DNA of 53,811 nt from Methanomicrobiales archaeon. Lineage in GTDB: Archaea; Halobacteriota; Methanomicrobia; Methanomicrobiales; Methanospirillaceae. The DNA lies in NCBI GenBank assembly GCA_037137755.1, contig JBAXJR010000014.1, forward strand, positions 1 to 53,811, in the 5' to 3' direction. The notes below the pieces were generated by a model. It did not search any database, had not been told where the DNA came from, and worked only from the letters and a program-made list of their open reading frames with translations. Shown piece by piece: positions 48,624 to 53,811 of this stretch. The stretch's first letter is position 1; every line of letters begins with the position of its first letter. A program made the translations under genes and the position numbers.

Positions 48624-49289
48624 TTACAACACCTTCAGCGTGACCGGCTGTTCCCTTGTCTGACCGGCCCCACTTGCAGTGAGGACCCCGTTAATCGTGA
48701 TTCCTGAGGGAATATTTCCAGGGATTGTGAACTGGTAGACAGATGTCTTCGGGAACGGAGGACTTTCATCTCCTATTTCGTATGTCTGGGTAAAAAAGAG
48801 CGCACTGGCCTTTAGCGTAAAGTGTATCGGCTCAGTCTGTCCTTCACCACCGTCTATCCGGAGAGTATAGGAAATGGTATCGCCGGGTTTTCCACTGGCC
48901 GATGCCGGACTCACCGAGAGAGTGAACGGTCTCGGAACAACAGGGCCTGAAGAATCCGGGAGGCCTGTGGGGGTCGGTTGCAGGGTTATAACAGTAGAGG
49001 GGGTTGGATTTTGTCCGGCTTTCACTGCGCTCCCTGGCGTGGGGGTCTGAATTTCTGTTGTGGCCGGGGACAGCACTGCTTTTCCTGCACTAACGGGTGT
49101 AGAAATATCCTGCGGCCAGATTGTCACGGTATGCACCGGCGTCGCTTCCGGAGCAGAGGTAGATCTACCGGGTCCGGAGGGCTCCGGGCTCGACATAATT
49201 ACAAAAATAATTAGACCTATCATGAGAATTCCGGCGAAACCCAGCACAATAAGGATTTTTTTGTTTTTGGGATCAATTGTTGACGGCAT
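48624..49289 (-). CDS. Membrane-anchored protein with a P/T/S-rich stalk and a C-terminal Ig-like domain
   Basis: KNKK + N-terminal TM, low-complexity linker, FTLSVSPAS...PGDTISYTL beta-sandwich pattern. Confidence 0.7.
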   Translation of the reverse strand: MPSTIDPKNKKILIVLGFAGILMIGLIIFVIMSSPEPSGPGRSTSAPEATPVHTVTIWPQDISTPVSAGKAVLSPATTEIQTPTPGSAVKAGQNPTPSTVITLQPTPTGLPDSSGPVVPRPFTLSVSPASASGKPGDTISYTLRIDGGEGQTEPIHFTLKASALFFTQTYEIGDESPPFPKTSVYQFTIPGNIPSGITINGVLTASGAGQTREQPVTLKVL

Positions 49290-49520
49290 ACATCATTCCC
49301 CATGGATATTTTTTACATACTACAATGCAGGATGAATAAAAACAATTATCTGCTTTTTTTTAAAAAAATAGACTTTGTTGAAACACGCGTGAACAGTGAG
49401 TACGCACCCGAACCTTGAAAATGCCCTTTAAAATTCTCGTCATATTGGGGTTCTTTCAGACGGCTTCATGGGAAATGCTTCCTAAATTATCATATAGTCC
49501 CGGGTCATCCTAAAATTTAA

Positions 49521-49693
49521 TCACGCTCCCCGGGGCGGCACTCCTGCCACTTTAGCGACCACGGTTGGGATAGAAGACCAGTCCCAAATATTCCGGACTG
49601 ATGAAGCTCATGGAAACCCTGCCCGAAAGTTTATGCTATTGGAGATTGGGCAGGAAAGGGTGAAACCACCTCCCGTCAGCGTATTCCCTTTTT
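49521..49693 (+). ncRNA. Candidate structured non-coding RNA (unassigned family)
   Basis: End-to-end pairing ACGCT/AGCGT and CGGGG/TCCCG enclosing three hairpins; upstream TATA-like box; downstream T-run. Confidence 0.5.
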
Positions 49694-49761
49694 CAATATG
49701 CAGGGTCTTTAACGAAACTAAAAAAATAAAAGGCCCTTGAAAAAACCCTTTCATTGAGGTC

Positions 49762-50610
49762 TTAGTTCTGAAACCTGACGGTATCATGTTCCAGGGTGAC
49801 AAATCCTTCCCGGGAAAGTGCCAGGAGGATTTCTCCTGTCCGCTCCGCCCCTTCACCGATAAGGCTGATAAGGTCGTCGTTCTCCAATGTGCCTTTTAGT
49901 AAAAGTGTTTTTAGGATTCTGCCTCGTATCTGCCGGTCAGATCCTTCAAATGAAGGCTGCCGGTGGTAATGGGTGCTCCTGCGGTTTGGATTCGGGATAC
50001 GCCGCCCAAGTACTGCGCCATAGTCCATCAATGCATAATACCACTCACGCGGGTGCTTAACGTCGAGTGTCCTGGCCACCAGGGGACGGATTTCCCGGTC
50101 TGAAACAGGCACCTGGTCGCCAAAAAAGCAATGAATAAACACTCTCCTGATATTTGTCTCGATAAAAACCGTGGGGCGATCAAAGGCAAACGCCACGATT
50201 GAACCGGCAGTTGCCTTTCCAATACCGGGAAACCCTGAAAGGACTGTTTCATCATCAGGGATTATCCCGGAAAACTCCGAGATTACAAGTCCTGCAATTG
50301 TGCGGAGTGCAATTGCCCTCCGGTTGTATCCCATCCCTTTCCAGACACCGAGGACTTCAGCCAGCGATGCCTCTCCAAGCGAGCCTACATCAGGAAACGC
50401 AGAAATAAACTGGGGATATTTTATTGTCACCCGCGGCACCTGGGTCTGCTGGAGCATGATCTCAGATACAAGGATATGGTAGGGGTCGGTCGTCTTTCGC
50501 CAGAGGAGGTCATGCCGCCCGTTTCTCTGATAGAAGTCCAGTATTTTTTCCTGGAAGCGGGAACTATCAGGTTCTTCCGGCAGGTCGTTCCTCTTTTTTG
50601 TACCCGGCAT
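49762..50610 (-). CDS. mutY: MutY-like HhH-GPD adenine glycosylase, short form without an Fe-S cluster
   Basis: LLWR, PYHILVSEIMLQQT, WKGMGYNRRA, HhH FPGIGKATA; no CX6CX2CX5C motif; QPSFEGSDRQIRG C-terminal domain. Confidence 0.85.
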   Translation of the reverse strand: MPGTKKRNDLPEEPDSSRFQEKILDFYQRNGRHDLLWRKTTDPYHILVSEIMLQQTQVPRVTIKYPQFISAFPDVGSLGEASLAEVLGVWKGMGYNRRAIALRTIAGLVISEFSGIIPDDETVLSGFPGIGKATAGSIVAFAFDRPTVFIETNIRRVFIHCFFGDQVPVSDREIRPLVARTLDVKHPREWYYALMDYGAVLGRRIPNPNRRSTHYHRQPSFEGSDRQIRGRILKTLLLKGTLENDDLISLIGEGAERTGEILLALSREGFVTLEHDTVRFQN

Positions 50611-50709
50611 GTCTTCTCCTTTCATCGCGGTTGTTACAGAGGGATTACTCCGGTCCTCTCAAAACCACTCATATGGAGGCTGGAGCACAGGAGTAATCGA
50701 AACGGTGAA

Positions 50710-51198
50710 TTATGCCTGGATATTGCCATCCGGTCTCCAGCTGCTGAGTGTTGTCATGCCGTTATAGTCCCCGTGCCCGCTTCGAACGGAAAACATCCGT
50801 TCAATGTATACATGGTCCACCAGGCCCGCGACAGAACCTGGCGGCCGGTACCAGGTCCCCCCCGAATTCACAATGCCCCCTATCTCGTACCTGCCATCGC
50901 CGGTATCACGGATGACCATCACGGCAATATCAGGGTCATACAGGGGGGAGTCCTTTGGTGGCTGAAGGATGTCCCCGGGGAGATAGAATCCAGGGACCCC
51001 GTCATCGGCCTGCACCTGCCCGGGTGACGGGTAATTAAATAACGGGGGCAGGTCTTTTTCACTGGCACCGGGGGTCCCGTCAGGGAATGGGTCACTCTGC
51101 ACCATCGCAGATCCCATGCAACCGGCGGTATAAACCGTTATTAAAACCAGGAGAACCAGAACAACTGCACCATGTACCTTTTTTTTCATCTCTGTCAC
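50710..51198 (-). CDS. Putative lipoprotein, hypothetical
   Basis: MKKK + hydrophobic stretch + lipobox TAGC. Confidence 0.7.
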   Translation of the reverse strand: MTEMKKKVHGAVVLVLLVLITVYTAGCMGSAMVQSDPFPDGTPGASEKDLPPLFNYPSPGQVQADDGVPGFYLPGDILQPPKDSPLYDPDIAVMVIRDTGDGRYEIGGIVNSGGTWYRPPGSVAGLVDHVYIERMFSVRSGHGDYNGMTTLSSWRPDGNIQA

Positions 51199-51342
51199 CT
51201 CTCTTTGCCGGTCCTGTAGCGGAAATACTATGACTGGGAATTAATTAAAAAATATCGGTCCCGGCCAGAAAGTACCCTTCCGGTTCAGGAAAACTCTGAT
51301 ACCTGTAGAAAAGAGCACCTGGGAAACCCTGATTTATTACCG

Positions 51343-53127
51343 TTACGTTCGTTTGAAAAGGACATCAAGCCGTTCCCGTGTGAACGAAATCATTACGGGC
51401 CTTCCATGGGGGCAGGTCCATGGTTCATTTGTGCGGGAGAGCTGGTCAAGAAGTCTCTGGCACTGGCCGGAGGTAAGCACATTTCCTGCTTTAACCGCAC
51501 CATGGCATGCAATGGTCCGCGCGAGTTGTTCGCCGGAGTCTGCCCCGTGCTTTCTTGGCAAGGAGATGAGGTCTCCTATGATGTCCCGCACCATCTCCCC
51601 GTCACCGGGTTTCCCAAGGATTACCGGGACCATGCGGACTGCGTACGTATCCTTACCGAATTCCTCAAGAGAGAATCCCTTCTCCATGAGAAGCGGGAGG
51701 TACTCCCGCAGGATGCCGGATTCTGCAGGGGACAGCGTAAGTATCGTAGGTACGAGCAGTTCCTGGGCTTCCTGGCCCAGGTCCCGGAATGCAGTTACCT
51801 GCTCGTACAGGACCCGTTCATGTGCCGCATGCTGGTCGATCAGCAGGAGTTCCCCGAACGGGGCCTGTGCAATGATATACGCCCCGGCATACTGACCAAG
51901 ATAGGTGAATTCCGGCACCCCATCGCCGCTGCTGGTTGTTCCAGGGGATAGTTCTGACTGCCGCAGTCTCCGGTCTGACAGGAGGACCGCCCCATGTCCG
52001 GCCTCGGCAACGACCGGTGCGGACCTTGCCCGGTGATCATATCCCTGTGAAACGCTACCGGAAGGACCGGACTTCCGGATACTATGAAACCCACCAGGTA
52101 CCCGCGGTACAAGGTCAGCCCCTTTCAATGCCCGGGATACTGCCCCGGTCACCATTGCACAGATGTCCCGTTCGCGGGAGATATGCACGATGCGTTTTGC
52201 AGGGTGGACATTGACGTCAATATAGGAAGGGTCAAGCCCGAGATCCAGAAACGCCACGGGATAGCGGTTGTCAGGGAGCAGGGTACCGTATCCTGCCCTT
52301 ACCGCGTCAACGACAGCCCGGGCATACACCTGGCGGTTGTTGATGCTCACGAAAACCTGGTAGATGTTCTGTCGTGAAAGTGATGGTTTCGATATGTAAC
52401 CGCCCAGGTTCAGCGGACCCTCCGTTATGGACACCGGGATAAGTTCTTCTGCCACGCCACTCCCGTAGAGGGCAACAATGGTATCGAACAGGTCTCCGCT
52501 CCCTTCGGTTGAAACCCGTTCATTCCCGTTACTGGAGAATAAAAATGCAATCCCGGGGTTCGCCACCGCAAACGCCTCCATAACCCGTGTAATTGCGGCA
52601 ACCTCGGAACCAACAGACTTCTGGAACTTTTTCCTCGCGGGGGTGTTGAAAAAGAGGTCGCGTACCGTGATGCTCGTTCCGGCAGGGGCCCCTGTCTCGG
52701 TTACCTTCTCAATGTCCCCGCCCCGGATTATTACCTCAGTCGCACTCTCTCCGCCATCCCGTTCCATGGTGACCAGGATAACGTGGGAAACAGCTGCAAT
52801 ACTCGCCAGGGCTTCCCCGCGGAACCCGAGTGTCCGGCAGCGGTCCAGGTCACCGATGCTCGTGATCTTGCTTGTAGCATGTGGGGTAAACGAAATACAG
52901 GCATCTTCCGCCCCCATCCCACACCCGTTATCAGTGATCCTGACAGACGTGATACCTTCGCGGCCAGACTCAAGCAGCACAGTTATCCGGGTGGCGCCGG
53001 CATCAATGGAATTCTCTACCAGCTCTTTGACGACAGAAGCAGGGCGCTCCACGACCTCTCCCGCTGCAATCTGGTTCACCGTGGCCTGATCAAGGAGCCT
53101 GATCCGGTGACTCTGTGGCTCCGCCAT
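51343..53127 (-). CDS. mutL: DNA mismatch repair endonuclease MutL
   Basis: IAAGEVVERPASVVKELVENS, GFRGEAL, DVNVHPAK; endonuclease motifs DQHAAHERVLYE, ACH, CPHGRP; clamp motif QELLVP. Confidence 0.98.
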   Translation of the reverse strand: MAEPQSHRIRLLDQATVNQIAAGEVVERPASVVKELVENSIDAGATRITVLLESGREGITSVRITDNGCGMGAEDACISFTPHATSKITSIGDLDRCRTLGFRGEALASIAAVSHVILVTMERDGGESATEVIIRGGDIEKVTETGAPAGTSITVRDLFFNTPARKKFQKSVGSEVAAITRVMEAFAVANPGIAFLFSSNGNERVSTEGSGDLFDTIVALYGSGVAEELIPVSITEGPLNLGGYISKPSLSRQNIYQVFVSINNRQVYARAVVDAVRAGYGTLLPDNRYPVAFLDLGLDPSYIDVNVHPAKRIVHISRERDICAMVTGAVSRALKGADLVPRVPGGFHSIRKSGPSGSVSQGYDHRARSAPVVAEAGHGAVLLSDRRLRQSELSPGTTSSGDGVPEFTYLGQYAGAYIIAQAPFGELLLIDQHAAHERVLYEQVTAFRDLGQEAQELLVPTILTLSPAESGILREYLPLLMEKGFSLEEFGKDTYAVRMVPVILGKPGDGEMVRDIIGDLISLPRKHGADSGEQLARTIACHGAVKAGNVLTSGQCQRLLDQLSRTNEPWTCPHGRPVMISFTRERLDVLFKRT

Positions 53128-53811
53128 TTACCCGCTCCCCTGCCCGGCACTATCCGGATCCCCATCCTGCTTACCATCCTGGCTGATGCCAGCTGAATGC
53201 CGGGGCATAGAGGGATTCTCCATATTCCGGAACTTTTCAGGGCTCCCGGAATTCCCACCTTTAACCCTTTTCCGGAGGTCATTGAGCCACGTGAGTGCTT
53301 CAAGAGGGGTCATGGTATCTACCGAAAGCCCCTCTATCTCCAGCAATACGGGGTCCCTTGGAGCCACCGGTGCATCGACGAGGAGCATCTGGGTATACCT
53401 CCTTACTTTTCCACCGGGATTTGTATCCCTGTCTTCGACATCGTTCATGATCGTGTTCGCACGGTCGATCACTTTCCTTGGGACCCCTGCTATCTGGGCA
53501 ACATGAATCCCGTAACTCTTATCGGTCGCACCAGGGATGATCTTTCTGAGGAATACCACCTCTTTGCCGGTATCCCGCACTGCAAAGTGGTAATTTCTTA
53601 CCCTCGGGAGGTCGGATTCAATCCCTACGATCTCGTGGAAATGCGTGGCAAAAAGTGTCCTCGGGCCGGAACCACCTTTCCCGTGGAGAAATTCCAGCAC
53701 CGCTTTTGCGATGCAGAACCCGTCGAGCGTTGAGGTTCCCCTCCCAATCTCGTCGAGGATCACCAGGCTCTTTTTTGTCACGTTGTTTAAGATATTCGCG
53801 AGTTCTATCAT
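53128..53811 (-). CDS. mutS: DNA mismatch repair protein MutS, C-terminal part (5'-truncated by window)
   Basis: ILDEIGRGTSTLDG, FATHFHE, SYGIHVAQIAG, MTPLEAL; stop codon abuts the mutL ATG. Confidence 0.96.
   Translation of the reverse strand: MIELANILNNVTKKSLVILDEIGRGTSTLDGFCIAKAVLEFLHGKGGSGPRTLFATHFHEIVGIESDLPRVRNYHFAVRDTGKEVVFLRKIIPGATDKSYGIHVAQIAGVPRKVIDRANTIMNDVEDRDTNPGGKVRRYTQMLLVDAPVAPRDPVLLEIEGLSVDTMTPLEALTWLNDLRKRVKGGNSGSPEKFRNMENPSMPRHSAGISQDGKQDGDPDSAGQGSG

Noticed and set aside
49590-49670. Hammerhead ribozyme (CTGATGA...GAAAC)
   Set aside because: No pairable stem II between CUGAUGA and GAAA, the cleavage position would be G, and no stem I; retained only as part of the unassigned RNA
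49608-49856. 82-aa minus-strand ORF
   Set aside because: Out-of-frame overlap with the mutY end and crosses its terminator; no coding signal
1-53811. CRISPR arrays, rRNA, IS elements, Sec/Pyl recoding
   Set aside because: No repeat-spacer periodicity, rRNA signature, transposase motif, or in-frame stop splitting a conserved domain was seen by eye

Overview
Archaeal methanogen chromosome segment, most likely Methanomicrobiales (Methanoregula/Methanolinea-like). This placement is inferred from the archaeal AlaRS, CCA-less tRNA, TATA promoters, REC/PAS-rich kinases with the 'ITRHDI' H-box, and the hem-cbi gene order. Contents from left to right: MCP C-terminus; a CheB / REC / multi-PAS kinase unit; the sulfide-assimilation and homocysteine trio (COG2122, NIL-ferredoxin, DUF39-CBS), split by an oppositely oriented 2H-phosphoesterase/metallophosphoesterase fusion; nif3-SWIM-alaS-membrane ArsR; a surface protein; hisH; a PUA-PAPS-reductase-like gene; an accessory stretch with a 29-aa AKKP-repeat micro-ORF, HdeD, flippase, GT2 and corA; tRNA-Gly(GCC); a CHASE4-PAS kinase with two response regulators; sirC-hemABLC-cobA and cbiTLFGHCDE; and a DNA-repair-rich right end. 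That end holds a complete NHEJ operon (stand-alone LigD polymerase, Ku, and an unusual ligase-phosphoesterase fusion), an Fe-S-less MutY-like glycosylase, mutL and partial mutS. Best candidates for novelty: the split/re-fused archaeal NHEJ operon, an unannotated structured ~170-nt RNA at 49521-49693, the histone-H1-like micro-protein, and the 2H+MPP fusion. No CRISPR array, rRNA, transposase or integrase was seen. All calls come from reading motifs by eye; no searches were run.
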